Assembly (NCBI GenBank): GCA_050260635.1
Contig: JBLNCL010000016.1
Span: 33,355-97,354, forward strand
DNA length: 64,000 nucleotides
Source: Betaproteobacteria bacterium
GTDB taxonomy: Bacteria; Bacillota; UBA5301; DYFA01
Direction of reading: 5' to 3'
The position numbers and the translations under genes are program-made. The notes beneath the pieces are model-generated. The model was not told the DNA's origin. It searched no databases and worked only from the letters and a program-made list of their open reading frames with translations. Positions within the stretch are counted from its first letter, which is position 1, and the number at the start of each line of letters is the position of its first letter. This document shows, in pieces, positions 30,238-39,379 of the stretch.

Positions 30238-31059
30238 ATGGCTGACGGGATCCGAGAGAAACTGGCTCGATACTTCGGCGCCTCTGCCGGCAGGTATGGC
30301 ATTGAAGTGGCTTACCTCTTCGGCTCCGTCGCTAAAGGCAAGGTGAGTCCCCACAGCGATGTGGATGTTGCCGTCCTGTTCTCGGCCGGTCTTACAACGG
30401 AAGAACGATTTGACCTACAACTGGCGCTGGGGACAGAACTCTCCGACCAACTGGGCCGCGAAGTGGACGTGGTTGACCTTGCCGCATCCCCCCTGATTCT
30501 GCAACATCAGGTTTTGGCTTACGGCGAATGCGTCTTCGAGCGCGACTCCCGGGTGCGAGTGAGGTTCGAGGTCGCCTCACGGCGGGCCTATTTCGACCTG
30601 AAACGAGTCCGAGACCTCCATACGGTGGGCATGTTGAAAGCCATGGAGGAATACCTCCATGACCTCCGTCAAGTTCAGGGGATGACCTGGGAGGAGTTTG
30701 CGGGGAACAAGATGGTACGGCGTTATGTGGAACGCACCCTGCAACTGGCTATCGAAGGTTGTCTGGATCTGGGTAGCCACATCATCTCTGATGAACGCAT
30801 GCGTGAACCGGGAGACAACAAAGACATATTCGTGGTCTTAGCGGAGAACGGGGTGGTCCCGGAGGCCAAATTGACGGAACTGAAGAAAATGGCCCAGTTC
30901 CGCAATTTGATCGTTCATGTCTACGCCCGGATAGACCCGGCGCTGGTTTACCATGCCTTGCACAACCGCCTGGGTGACCTGGAAGATTTCGCCCTGGCGA
31001 TCAAGTCCCGGTATCTCGATCAGGCGGAGCAAAACGCGTCCGGCTCCCCAGCCACGTGA
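30238..31059 (+). CDS. Fused nucleotidyltransferase (MntA-like) and DUF86/HepT (HEPN) single-chain protein
   Basis: N-terminal LFGSVAKGKVSPHSDVDVAVLF (GS...DxD NTase motif); C-terminal RNLIVHVY (Rx4HxY HEPN/DUF86 motif). Confidence 0.7.
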   Translation: MADGIREKLARYFGASAGRYGIEVAYLFGSVAKGKVSPHSDVDVAVLFSAGLTTEERFDLQLALGTELSDQLGREVDVVDLAASPLILQHQVLAYGECVFERDSRVRVRFEVASRRAYFDLKRVRDLHTVGMLKAMEEYLHDLRQVQGMTWEEFAGNKMVRRYVERTLQLAIEGCLDLGSHIISDERMREPGDNKDIFVVLAENGVVPEAKLTELKKMAQFRNLIVHVYARIDPALVYHALHNRLGDLEDFALAIKSRYLDQAEQNASGSPAT

Positions 31060-31062
31060 AGA

Positions 31063-31464
31063 TCACACCCGCTCTTTCACGGCTCTTATGATCTGCTCCG
31101 CCAACTCCAGGGCGCGGTCGGCATCCCGTTTCTCAAACGCCTCGGACGGAATACCTCCCGGAAGGCTGTCGGGATAGCGCGTCGGAATGTAGTACTTGTC
31201 CAGGACAGCGCCTTGGCTGATGAGTGGCTCGAAGTCTGCGGAAAGACTTGCCGCATCGCGGCACAGTTCAGCCACGGAATGGCCCCACACATCCCCTGCA
31301 CCTAGAGCGTACAGCAGCCCCTTCAGGGCTTTTTCGGCCGCTTGTTGCGCCAAGAAGCACGCCAGGTTGTACCGCTGACCGCCCAGTACAAAGCGGGCGT
31401 CGTTCAGGTCCTCTTCCGCCTGGCGCAGCCACCGTCGGGCTTCGCTGTGAGGGTCAGGCTTCAT
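31063..31464 (-). CDS. HEPN domain protein (COG2250-type, toxin-like)
   Basis: YYIPTRYPD motif and helical HEPN pattern; overlaps its MNT partner. Confidence 0.8.
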   Translation of the reverse strand: MKPDPHSEARRWLRQAEEDLNDARFVLGGQRYNLACFLAQQAAEKALKGLLYALGAGDVWGHSVAELCRDAASLSADFEPLISQGAVLDKYYIPTRYPDSLPGGIPSEAFEKRDADRALELAEQIIRAVKERV

Positions 31465-31852
31465 AGACCACGATTCCCTCCTCTTGTACTGCCTTGAAAA
31501 ACGAATTACTGGCGATCAGGTTCTGCCATTCCTCCGGCGTATAGACCAAGAGATCCACGGGGGTCCCGGGCGGCAAGAGGCGAAGAAGGTCTTCCCCCCG
31601 GCGGAGAAAGGGTTCCGCCGAGTCGCGGATTACCACCAGATCCAAATCGCTGTCCGGCCCCACGTCGCCGCGGGCGAGGGACCCGAAGAGGATGACCAGG
31701 CGGACGTCCGTCTCCGCGACCCGCGAGAGAAAAGCCCGCAGGGCCGAGTCCAGCTCACTCTTGCGGCTGTCCGAGGTTCGCAGGCGATAACCCACGATGG
31801 CATTCCTCCAGGCTCTGGCCCCATTATCGAGGATGGCAGGGGTTGTCGTCAA
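31454..31852 (-). CDS. Minimal nucleotidyltransferase (MNT, antitoxin-like partner of HEPN)
   Basis: RLVILFGSLARGDVGPDSDLDLVVI NTase motif; 11-nt overlap with the HEPN gene. Confidence 0.8.
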   Translation of the reverse strand: MTTTPAILDNGARAWRNAIVGYRLRTSDSRKSELDSALRAFLSRVAETDVRLVILFGSLARGDVGPDSDLDLVVIRDSAEPFLRRGEDLLRLLPPGTPVDLLVYTPEEWQNLIASNSFFKAVQEEGIVVYEA

Positions 31853-31861
31853 GCTGCTGGC

Positions 31862-32869
31862 TCAGGTCGAGGCCCTCCCGGAGTCGCCCTCCAGCGCCCC
31901 GTTTTCCAGTTCCGCAGGCCCGAGATGGGCCTCAAGGTCGCCGAGGGAGGGCAGGGAAGCCACGGCCCCGGCCCTGCTGGCCGTGAGCGCTCCCGCCACG
32001 GCGGCAAAGCGCCCCGCTTCCTCCCAGATCTCCGGCCTCAAGGTCCCGGCCCCGCCTCTGCTCAGCCAGGAGCAGGCGAACGCCGCACAGAAGGCGTCCC
32101 CGGCCGCCGTGGTGTCCACCGGCTCCACACGCCTGGCGGGCACGTGGAATTGGAATCCGCCGCCGAGGCCCGGGCCTGCGGTGACCACCGCCCCTTCTTC
32201 TCCCAGAGTGATCACGGCCGCCCCGACGCCAAGCTCTCGGATCAGCAGACGGCCGGCGCGGCGCGCCTCCGCCACACCGTTCACCGTTACGCCGGTCAGC
32301 GCCTCCGCCTCGGTCTGATTGGGAAAGATGAAGCACCCCTCGTGCAGCCCGAGGGCCGGCACCTGTTCAGGCGGGGCGGGCGTCACGAAGACCGGTACGC
32401 CGTGTTCCCTTGCCGTCCGGACCAGTCTGATGGCGGCTGCTTGCGGGAACTCGGCGTGAAGCAAGAAGGCGTCGCAGGCGCTCACGGCCGCGTCCGCCGC
32501 CGTCCAAGCGCTCTCCGGGTAGACGGAGTTGGCGCCTCCGTAGGACAGGATCATGTTATGTGCCGCCGGATCCACCGCGATCACGGACAGACCCGTGCCC
32601 AAGGACGTTTGACGGGCCACGAGGCTGCAATCGACCCCTTCTTCCCGAAGGGACGCGAGCAGGAAGTCTCCGTCCGTATCCGCTCCAACGCTTCCGATGA
32701 GGCGGGTTTCGACCCCCAGGCGGCGGCACATGACCGCCTGGTTGGCGCCCTTCCCTCCGACCCAACGCCTTCTCTCACTGGCGACCACGGTTTCGCCCGG
32801 CTTCGGCAGGTGCGCGAAGGGCAGCACCAAATCGATGTACAGAGTCCCTGCCACCACGACTCGGGCCAT
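31862..32869 (-). CDS. PfkB/ribokinase-family carbohydrate kinase
   Basis: GGKGANQA motif and C-terminal DTTAAGDAF anion-hole/ATP motif. Confidence 0.85.
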   Translation of the reverse strand: MARVVVAGTLYIDLVLPFAHLPKPGETVVASERRRWVGGKGANQAVMCRRLGVETRLIGSVGADTDGDFLLASLREEGVDCSLVARQTSLGTGLSVIAVDPAAHNMILSYGGANSVYPESAWTAADAAVSACDAFLLHAEFPQAAAIRLVRTAREHGVPVFVTPAPPEQVPALGLHEGCFIFPNQTEAEALTGVTVNGVAEARRAGRLLIRELGVGAAVITLGEEGAVVTAGPGLGGGFQFHVPARRVEPVDTTAAGDAFCAAFACSWLSRGGAGTLRPEIWEEAGRFAAVAGALTASRAGAVASLPSLGDLEAHLGPAELENGALEGDSGRAST

Positions 32870-32873
32870 GACT

Positions 32874-33659
32874 CTAGCTCCTTTGAAAGCGGATGGAGTA
32901 TTGGTAGCGATCCGCCCGGTAAGCCATCTGCACGTACTCCACGGGCTGACCCGCAGCGCTGTAGGTGAGCCGCTTCAACACCAGCAGCGGTGAGCCCTGG
33001 GGTATTTGCAGCAGGCGGGCGAGTCGGCCATCGGCAGCGGCCGCCTCCAGAACCTCGTTCGCCATCCCCAGCTCCACTCCACACTTTGCCTTCAGCAGTT
33101 CGTAGAGCGAATAATCCTCCCCCTGCAGCATCTCCACTGTCAGTCCGGGGAGCGCCTTAGTGTTCAGATAGGCGACGTGCAGGCCGACGGGTTCGCCGTC
33201 GACGGTCCGCAGACGCTCCAACCGGATCAGGCTGTCCGCCTCACCCAGCTCAAACCGGCGTGCCGGCTCGGGAGGGGGTGGCGACAGCGACTCCACCGCC
33301 AAGAGGCGTGACCCCGGCGTAGCTCCGTTGCGGCGGATGTCTTCGGTGAAGCTGGTCAGCGTGAAGCAGGCTTCCAGCTTGCGTTCCGGCGCTACCTGCG
33401 TGCCTTTTCCCTGCCGCCGGACCAGGCGCCCCTCACGGACCAGCGAGGATAAGGCCTGGCGGACCGTCAGGCGGCTGACCTGATACTGTTGCATCAGGCT
33501 GGCCTCCGTGGGGAAGGGGTCGCCCGGCGCCAGCTCTCCGGAGTCGAGCCGCGCCCGCAGGATCTGCTCCAATTGGTAGTACAGGGGGATCGGCTTGCCC
33601 CGGTCAAGTGCGGTGCCCATTATTCTCCTCCTCTGTTCTTCAGACTTTTCGGGGCACAC
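32874..33659 (-). CDS. GntR-family (HutC/UTRA subfamily) transcriptional regulator; the likely start is the internal Met at ~33620
   Basis: PLYYQLEQILRARL...PGDPFPTEASLMQQYQVSRLTVRQAL winged-HTH plus UTRA C-terminal domain. Confidence 0.85.
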   Translation of the reverse strand: MCPEKSEEQRRRIMGTALDRGKPIPLYYQLEQILRARLDSGELAPGDPFPTEASLMQQYQVSRLTVRQALSSLVREGRLVRRQGKGTQVAPERKLEACFTLTSFTEDIRRNGATPGSRLLAVESLSPPPPEPARRFELGEADSLIRLERLRTVDGEPVGLHVAYLNTKALPGLTVEMLQGEDYSLYELLKAKCGVELGMANEVLEAAAADGRLARLLQIPQGSPLLVLKRLTYSAAGQPVEYVQMAYRADRYQYSIRFQRS

Positions 33660-33709
33660 GGAAGGAGTTCACTTGGGGGAAAGGGAATACCTCAAATGTA
33701 ATAATGTAA

Positions 33710-33727
33710 ATGACATCATAATGTCAT
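33710..33727. promoter_or_regulatory. 18-bp perfect palindrome ATGACATcataATGTCAT (preceded by AATGTAA direct repeats) in the GntR/BtpA divergent intergenic region; candidate GntR operator
   Basis: Read directly from the sequence; inverted-repeat geometry typical of GntR-family operators. Confidence 0.45.
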
Positions 33728-33785
33728 AACAATTATAGCAGTTGTTGGCTCCGCCGGCAACCCCCACCCGGAAAGGAAGTGCGCA

Positions 33786-34637
33786 ATGGAATCCGGTGTC
33801 TTTCCCCCCAAACCAAACGCTCTGGCTCAGCTGTTCCAGCGTCCGAAACCGATCATCGGTGTCATCCATTCTCACGCCTTGCCCGGCGCCCCCTTCTACC
33901 GCGGCGAGTCCATGGAGGAAGTCTACGAGTTTGCCATCCAGGAGGGGTTGGCTTACAAGCAGGGCGGAGTCGATGGGCTGATCGTCGAAAACGCCTGGGA
34001 TCTGCCGTTCGCCAAGCCGGAGGACATTGGACAGGAGACGGCGGCGGCGATGGCGGTGATGGCTGACCGAGTCCGTCGCGAGGTCGGTCTGCCCCTCGGG
34101 ATCAATGTCCTGGCCAACGGCGTTCTGGCCTCCCTGGCCGTGGCCAAGGCGGCGGGAGCGGTCTTTGTCCGGGCCAACCAATGGGTCAACGCCTATGTGG
34201 CCAACGAAGGGTTCATCGAAGGCCCCGCGCCGTCCGCCATGCGCTATCGCGACCGGCTCAAGGCGAACGACCTCCTGATCTTCGCTGACGTCCACGTCAA
34301 GCATGGCAGCCACGCCATCGTGGCGGACCGGAGCCTCGCCGAGCAGACCCGGGACGCCGAGTGGTTCGCCGCCGACGTCCTCATCGCCACCGGCAATCGG
34401 ACCGGCGACGCCACGCCCATGAGCGAGTTGGCTGAAATCAAGGAGCATACGAGGCTGCCGGTGATCATCGGCAGTGGCATGACCGCCGAAAACGTTCCCG
34501 AACTCCTCCGCGTGGCGGACGGGGCCATCGTCGCCAGTTCGCTCAAGCGCGACGGCGTCTGGTGGAATCCGGTGGACGTGGAGCGGGTCGCCCGGTTCAT
34601 GGAAGCGGTCGACCGCGTGCGAGCCGCCGCGGGCTGA
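33786..34637 (+). CDS. BtpA/SgcQ-family TIM-barrel protein
   Basis: KPIIGVIHSHALPGAPFY matches the BtpA family signature. Confidence 0.75.
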   Translation: MESGVFPPKPNALAQLFQRPKPIIGVIHSHALPGAPFYRGESMEEVYEFAIQEGLAYKQGGVDGLIVENAWDLPFAKPEDIGQETAAAMAVMADRVRREVGLPLGINVLANGVLASLAVAKAAGAVFVRANQWVNAYVANEGFIEGPAPSAMRYRDRLKANDLLIFADVHVKHGSHAIVADRSLAEQTRDAEWFAADVLIATGNRTGDATPMSELAEIKEHTRLPVIIGSGMTAENVPELLRVADGAIVASSLKRDGVWWNPVDVERVARFMEAVDRVRAAAG

Positions 34638-34727
34638 GCTGCCCCGGCACTGGGTTCCGGCTGGCTGGCAAGAAAAATCTGATGAACCGCGGCAGGAATT
34701 TCACAAGGGGGCGAGAATTGTCAGACT

Positions 34728-34741
34728 TGTAAGCGCTTACA
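34728..34741. promoter_or_regulatory. 14-bp perfect palindrome TGTAAGCGCTTACA that matches the cre/LacI-family operator consensus, immediately upstream of the lacI-family gene RBS
   Basis: Matches TGWAANCGNTNWCA at every defined position; located 6 nt before GGAGG-GTG. Confidence 0.6.
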
Positions 34742-34747
34742 CCGGAG

Positions 34748-35764
34748 GTGGTCGCTCTGGCGAGTATCTACGATGTGGCCAAGAGAGCAGGTACTTCCAT
34801 AGCCACTGTCTCGCGCGTCCTCAACGGCAGCACCCGTGTAAGGGATTTCACCAAGCAGAAAGTTCTCAAGGCGGTGGCCGAGCTGGACTATCACCCTAAT
34901 ACCCTTGCTCAGTCACTGGTCCGCAAGACGACCCGCACAGTGGCGCTCGTGGTCCCGGATATCTCGAACCCCTTCTTTCCCGCAGTCGCGCGAGGGGTGG
35001 AGGACATGGCAAATCAGGCCGGCTACAACGTAATCCTCTGCAACAGCGACGACAGCACGCAGAAGGAAATCGAGTACTGCCGGGTGATGCGGACCCGCCG
35101 GGTGGACGGCGTGATCTTCGCTCTGGCCGCTTCGGAGGCGTCGCCGGTCAAGACCCTGCTGAAGGCAGGGGTGCCGGTGGTGCTGATCGACCGGGACGCC
35201 GGCGGGCTCACTGTGGACGCCGTGGTGACGGACAACCTCAAAGGCGGAATGGCGGCCGCCCAGCACCTGCTGGGTCTGGGCCATACCCGGATCGGCTGCA
35301 TCACCGGACCGCTCAGCGCCGAATCGGCCGCCGCCCGCCTGGCTGGATTCCGTCAGGTGTTGGAGCCGCAAGGGCTGTTCCGGTCCGAGTACGTGGTGGA
35401 GGGGGATTTCCGCCAGTCAGGCGGCTACCTGGGCATGAAACGGCTGCTGGAGCTGCCCGAACCCCCGACCGCGGTGTTTGCCGGCAACGACATGATGGCC
35501 ATCGGGGCGATGGCAGCGCTGGACGAGGCGGAGCGCCGGGTGCCCAAGGACGTGGCCCTTGTGGGATATGACGACATCCTGGTCTCTTCCCTGACCAGGC
35601 CTCAGTTGACCACCGTGGCTCAGCCCAAGTATGAGATGGGCTGGATGGCGATGGAAGTATTGCTGAAGCGCATCGCCCAGACACCGGACGCTCCCCAGCG
35701 GGTTGTCCTTCAGCCACGGCTGGTGGTCCGGGGATCGACAGTCATCGCAGAAAGGTGGCAGTAG
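34748..35764 (+). CDS. LacI-family transcriptional regulator
   Basis: SIYDVAKRAGTSIATVSRVLNG HTH plus periplasmic-binding-fold C-terminus. Confidence 0.85.
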   Translation: MVALASIYDVAKRAGTSIATVSRVLNGSTRVRDFTKQKVLKAVAELDYHPNTLAQSLVRKTTRTVALVVPDISNPFFPAVARGVEDMANQAGYNVILCNSDDSTQKEIEYCRVMRTRRVDGVIFALAASEASPVKTLLKAGVPVVLIDRDAGGLTVDAVVTDNLKGGMAAAQHLLGLGHTRIGCITGPLSAESAAARLAGFRQVLEPQGLFRSEYVVEGDFRQSGGYLGMKRLLELPEPPTAVFAGNDMMAIGAMAALDEAERRVPKDVALVGYDDILVSSLTRPQLTTVAQPKYEMGWMAMEVLLKRIAQTPDAPQRVVLQPRLVVRGSTVIAERWQ

Positions 35765-35765
35765 G

Positions 35766-37073
35766 ATGGAATCCAGCCAAGCGCGATTGGACCGCAAGGC
35801 CTTTGCGGAGTTCCTGGCCAGCCGTCGGGATGAGCACCTCGAGTTCCTGCGGCGCCTGGTCCAGACCGATACCACCGTGCTCGGGCACGGCTGGGAAGGC
35901 GGCAACGAAGCCGCTGGGCAGGAGCTGGTCAAGGAGCGACTGTCGTCGGCCGGCTGCGAACTGGATGTGTTCGAGCCGGACAACGAGCGCCTGACCAGGT
36001 ACCGGGACGCCGAGGGCAACCTCGGACACGTGTACCATAACCGCCCGATCGTCGTCGGCACCTACCAGGGCGGGAACGGGCCCTCGTTGATCCTGAACGG
36101 CCACATCGACACCATGCCGATCGACTTCCCCGAGCGGTGGCAGCATGACCCGCTGGGCGGCGAGGTGGTTGACGGCCGGATGTACGGGCGGGGGACCTGC
36201 GACATGAAGGGCGGGCTGGCCGCGGCCATTCTGGCGTTGGAGTCCTTGATCGACTTCGGGGCCAGGCCGGGCGGAAGAGTCATCGTGCAGAGCGTCGTGG
36301 ACGAAGAAGGCGGCGGGAACGGAACGCTAGCGGCCTGCGACCGGGGATATCGAGCCGACGGCGCCATCATCACGGAGCCGACCAACCTTGAGATCCGCCC
36401 GGCGGGCATGGGGTTTCTGCTCTTCGAAATCACCACCCACGGCCGCGCTCTCCATTCGAGCTTGAAGTGGGAAGGGGTCAACGCCATCGAGAAGGCGCTG
36501 ATCCTGGTCAACGCCCTCCATGAACTGGAGCATCGCTGGACCATGACCAAGCGTCATCCGTTGCTGCCCCCGCCCACGATCAACCTGGGGACCATCCGCG
36601 GGGGAACGGCGTCTTCCACTGTGCCGGACGAGTGCCGCTTCCAGATTTGTCTCCACTACCTGCCGGAGGACGACCCGGACGGGTACGGCACCGCGATCGA
36701 GCAGGAGATCCTCTCCACACTCCACGACGCTGCACAGTCCGACCCTTGGCTGCAGGAGAATCCGCCGGTCGTGCGCCGCTATCAAGCCGGGGCGGGGTAC
36801 ACCACGCCGCTCGACCACCCTCTGCGCTCGATCCTCACAGCCAACGTGGCCGCAGTGACTGGCGGGGAACCGGCGGTCGCGGGCTGCGCCTTTGGCTGCG
36901 ACGCCCGGCATCTGAACAAGCTGGCGGGCACGCCGACCATCGTCTTCGGACCGGGCGAACCCAGGGCGGCCCACTCCATCGACGAGTACCTGTCCGTCGA
37001 CCAGTACCTGCAATCCATCGAGATCCTGGCGCTTACCATTCACGACTGGACGCATCGCACGACGCGGGGGTAG
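35766..37073 (+). CDS. M20-family metallopeptidase (ArgE/DapE/acetylornithine-deacetylase-like)
   Basis: GHIDTMP, GTCDMKGG and DEEGGG metal-binding motifs. Confidence 0.8.
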   Translation: MESSQARLDRKAFAEFLASRRDEHLEFLRRLVQTDTTVLGHGWEGGNEAAGQELVKERLSSAGCELDVFEPDNERLTRYRDAEGNLGHVYHNRPIVVGTYQGGNGPSLILNGHIDTMPIDFPERWQHDPLGGEVVDGRMYGRGTCDMKGGLAAAILALESLIDFGARPGGRVIVQSVVDEEGGGNGTLAACDRGYRADGAIITEPTNLEIRPAGMGFLLFEITTHGRALHSSLKWEGVNAIEKALILVNALHELEHRWTMTKRHPLLPPPTINLGTIRGGTASSTVPDECRFQICLHYLPEDDPDGYGTAIEQEILSTLHDAAQSDPWLQENPPVVRRYQAGAGYTTPLDHPLRSILTANVAAVTGGEPAVAGCAFGCDARHLNKLAGTPTIVFGPGEPRAAHSIDEYLSVDQYLQSIEILALTIHDWTHRTTRG

Positions 37074-37077
37074 AAAC

Positions 37078-38253
37078 ATGAGCGGCTCCGCCATGGAACG
37101 TGATTGGCAACACCTCATCGACCTGGGCCCCCGTTTCATGGGCCAGCCTGCCGCGGCGCAGGCGGCGGACTTCGTTCTCGCCCGACTGGCCGCAGCGGGT
37201 TGCCAGGCGTTCCCTCACGGCTTCGCCTATGAAGGGTGGCGGCTTTCAGGCACCCCGCGCCTGTCATTGCTGGCGCCGGTGGAGGAGCAATGGGAGGCTT
37301 ACCCTTTCCTCCTGAGCGGCTCGACGGCCGGGGCCCCAGGAGGGAGGATCCGCGGAACCCTGGTGTACCTTGGCAAGTACAACGTCTGGGGCATGTACGA
37401 CTGGGACAAGTTTGCGGTCATCGGCCCGGACGGGCGCACCCTGGCCTACATTTCAGGGCGACCGGGCGGCCCCGCCATCCCGCAGGTCCTCTCACCGGGC
37501 AGTTCCCGCCTCCCCCACCTCATCGTCGGCGAAACGGACCTCGCCCGGCTTCACCGCTGGCGCGGGCAGGGGACGGAGATTCGGGTGGAGGTGGAGTCAC
37601 ACACCGAGTACCTCCCGGGGGAGCGGGGGATCAACGCCGTAGGGCGGTTTCCCAGCTCCACCCCCGACCAGGGTCCGCGAGTGATCGTCACGGCGCACTT
37701 CGACACCATGTACAATACGGCCGGCGCTTACGACAACGCCTCCGGCACCGCGGTCCTGCTGGAACTGGCCCGACGTCTGGCCGAGCGCCCTCCCGCTTGC
37801 TCCGTGGACTTCGTGGGCTGCGCCGCCGAAGAGTGGAACCTGGCCGGGTCCACGGCTTACGTTCAAGACCTGCGCGCCAAGGGCCACTTGAACAGTGTGA
37901 AAGCGGTCGTCAACCTTGACGGTTTCGGCCGGGGCGACGAGCTTGAAGTCTGGAGCGGGCCCGAGCCGTTCGAGGTCTTGTTGCGCTCGGTCCTCGCCCC
38001 TTTGACCGGGGACGGGCAGCGTCCCAAGCTGCTTTATAAGTTTCCCCCTCCACCGGGCAGCGACCATGCCCCGTTTTATGCTGCCGGCATCCCAGTCTGC
38101 ATGCTGACCTTCAATGACCAACAAATCCTGCATCGCCCCGAAGACCAGCGGCATGAGCGGATGTGGCGCAACATGGCTGCCACCGCCGATCTGGCCGAAG
38201 CTCTGGTCCGGACCCTGTGCGGATCTGCCTTGCAGCTCGAACGTTCGGTCTAA
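37078..38253 (+). CDS. M28-family Zn aminopeptidase
   Basis: HFDTMYN...YDNASGTAVLLELAR...AAEEWNLAGS M28 zinc-ligand motifs. Confidence 0.75.
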   Translation: MSGSAMERDWQHLIDLGPRFMGQPAAAQAADFVLARLAAAGCQAFPHGFAYEGWRLSGTPRLSLLAPVEEQWEAYPFLLSGSTAGAPGGRIRGTLVYLGKYNVWGMYDWDKFAVIGPDGRTLAYISGRPGGPAIPQVLSPGSSRLPHLIVGETDLARLHRWRGQGTEIRVEVESHTEYLPGERGINAVGRFPSSTPDQGPRVIVTAHFDTMYNTAGAYDNASGTAVLLELARRLAERPPACSVDFVGCAAEEWNLAGSTAYVQDLRAKGHLNSVKAVVNLDGFGRGDELEVWSGPEPFEVLLRSVLAPLTGDGQRPKLLYKFPPPPGSDHAPFYAAGIPVCMLTFNDQQILHRPEDQRHERMWRNMAATADLAEALVRTLCGSALQLERSV

Positions 38254-38348
38254 TGAAGGGAGGTGAACGATCCGAAGGACAGCCGCCAAGGAGCGAAGCT
38301 TACCGTGATTACTGGATTCCCGCACTACTGAGAGGAGGTTCACCAATC

Positions 38349-39275
38349 GTGAAGAAGGTTCGCTGGCTGATTCCTGTGCTCGTGCTTACCCTGTCCATGG
38401 GGCTCAGCTTGGCCGCCGCGGCCAAGAAGCCGGTCCTCGGCATGACCACCATCACCCTGCAAGCGGAGTTCTTCCAGCAGGTCAGCAAGGGCCTCCATGA
38501 CGCCGCCAAGAAGTACGGCGTGGACATCGTCGAGAACGACCCGCAGTACGACGCCTCCAAGCAAACGGCGGCTATCGAGAACTTCATGGAGCGGAAAGTC
38601 GATGGCATCATCGTCCTGGCGGTTGACCCGGTGGGCGTTATTCCTGCGATCAAAGAGGCCGTGAAGGCGGGCTTCCCGGTGATCGCCGTAGACGCCCAGC
38701 CCAAGACCGATGCCATCGCGACCTTCATCGGCACCGCCAACTACGACGCAGGTAAGGAAATGGGCGAGTGGGTCGCCCAGTATATCAAGAAACACATGGG
38801 TGGCAAGGCCAACATCGGCATCGTCTCCGCCTTCAACTCGCCGATCCAGCTCGACCGGCAGCGCGGTTTTGAAGAGGTCGTGAAAAAGCTCCCGGGCGTC
38901 AAGATCGTGTCCATCGTGGACGGCAAGAACGTTCGTGAGGAGGCTCTGGCAGCCGCTGAGAACCTGATCACGGCCAACCCGAACCTCGACCTGGTCTATG
39001 GCACCGGTGAACCCGCCGTCCTCGGCGCCCTCGCCGCTGTCAAGAGTCAAAACGCCAAGAAAGTCAAGATCGTGGGTTGGGACCTGACCGACGAATCGAT
39101 CGCCGGCCTCAAGCAGGGCACCGTTCTGGCCATGGTCCAGCAGGATCCGTACCGCGAGGGTTACCTCGCCGTCGAAAACATGCTGAAGGTCCTGAAGGGA
39201 CAGACCCTGCCGAAGACCATCGCCGTTCCGGTCAAGATCTACACCAAGGACAACATCGCCACGTTCAAGAAGTAG
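38349..39275 (+). CDS. Sugar ABC transporter periplasmic binding protein (RbsB-like, PBP type 1)
   Basis: Signal peptide VKKVRWLIPVLVLTLSMGLSLAAA; PBP1 fold pattern. Confidence 0.8.
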   Translation: MKKVRWLIPVLVLTLSMGLSLAAAAKKPVLGMTTITLQAEFFQQVSKGLHDAAKKYGVDIVENDPQYDASKQTAAIENFMERKVDGIIVLAVDPVGVIPAIKEAVKAGFPVIAVDAQPKTDAIATFIGTANYDAGKEMGEWVAQYIKKHMGGKANIGIVSAFNSPIQLDRQRGFEEVVKKLPGVKIVSIVDGKNVREEALAAAENLITANPNLDLVYGTGEPAVLGALAAVKSQNAKKVKIVGWDLTDESIAGLKQGTVLAMVQQDPYREGYLAVENMLKVLKGQTLPKTIAVPVKIYTKDNIATFKK

Positions 39276-39379
39276 CCTGGACTCCAACGGGGGAGCTGGG
39301 CCGCCAAACCCTTGCGGCCCGGCTCTCCTACCCCGCTCACGCGTCGCGAGAGGAGTGACCTACACTGGGCAGCCCGCTC

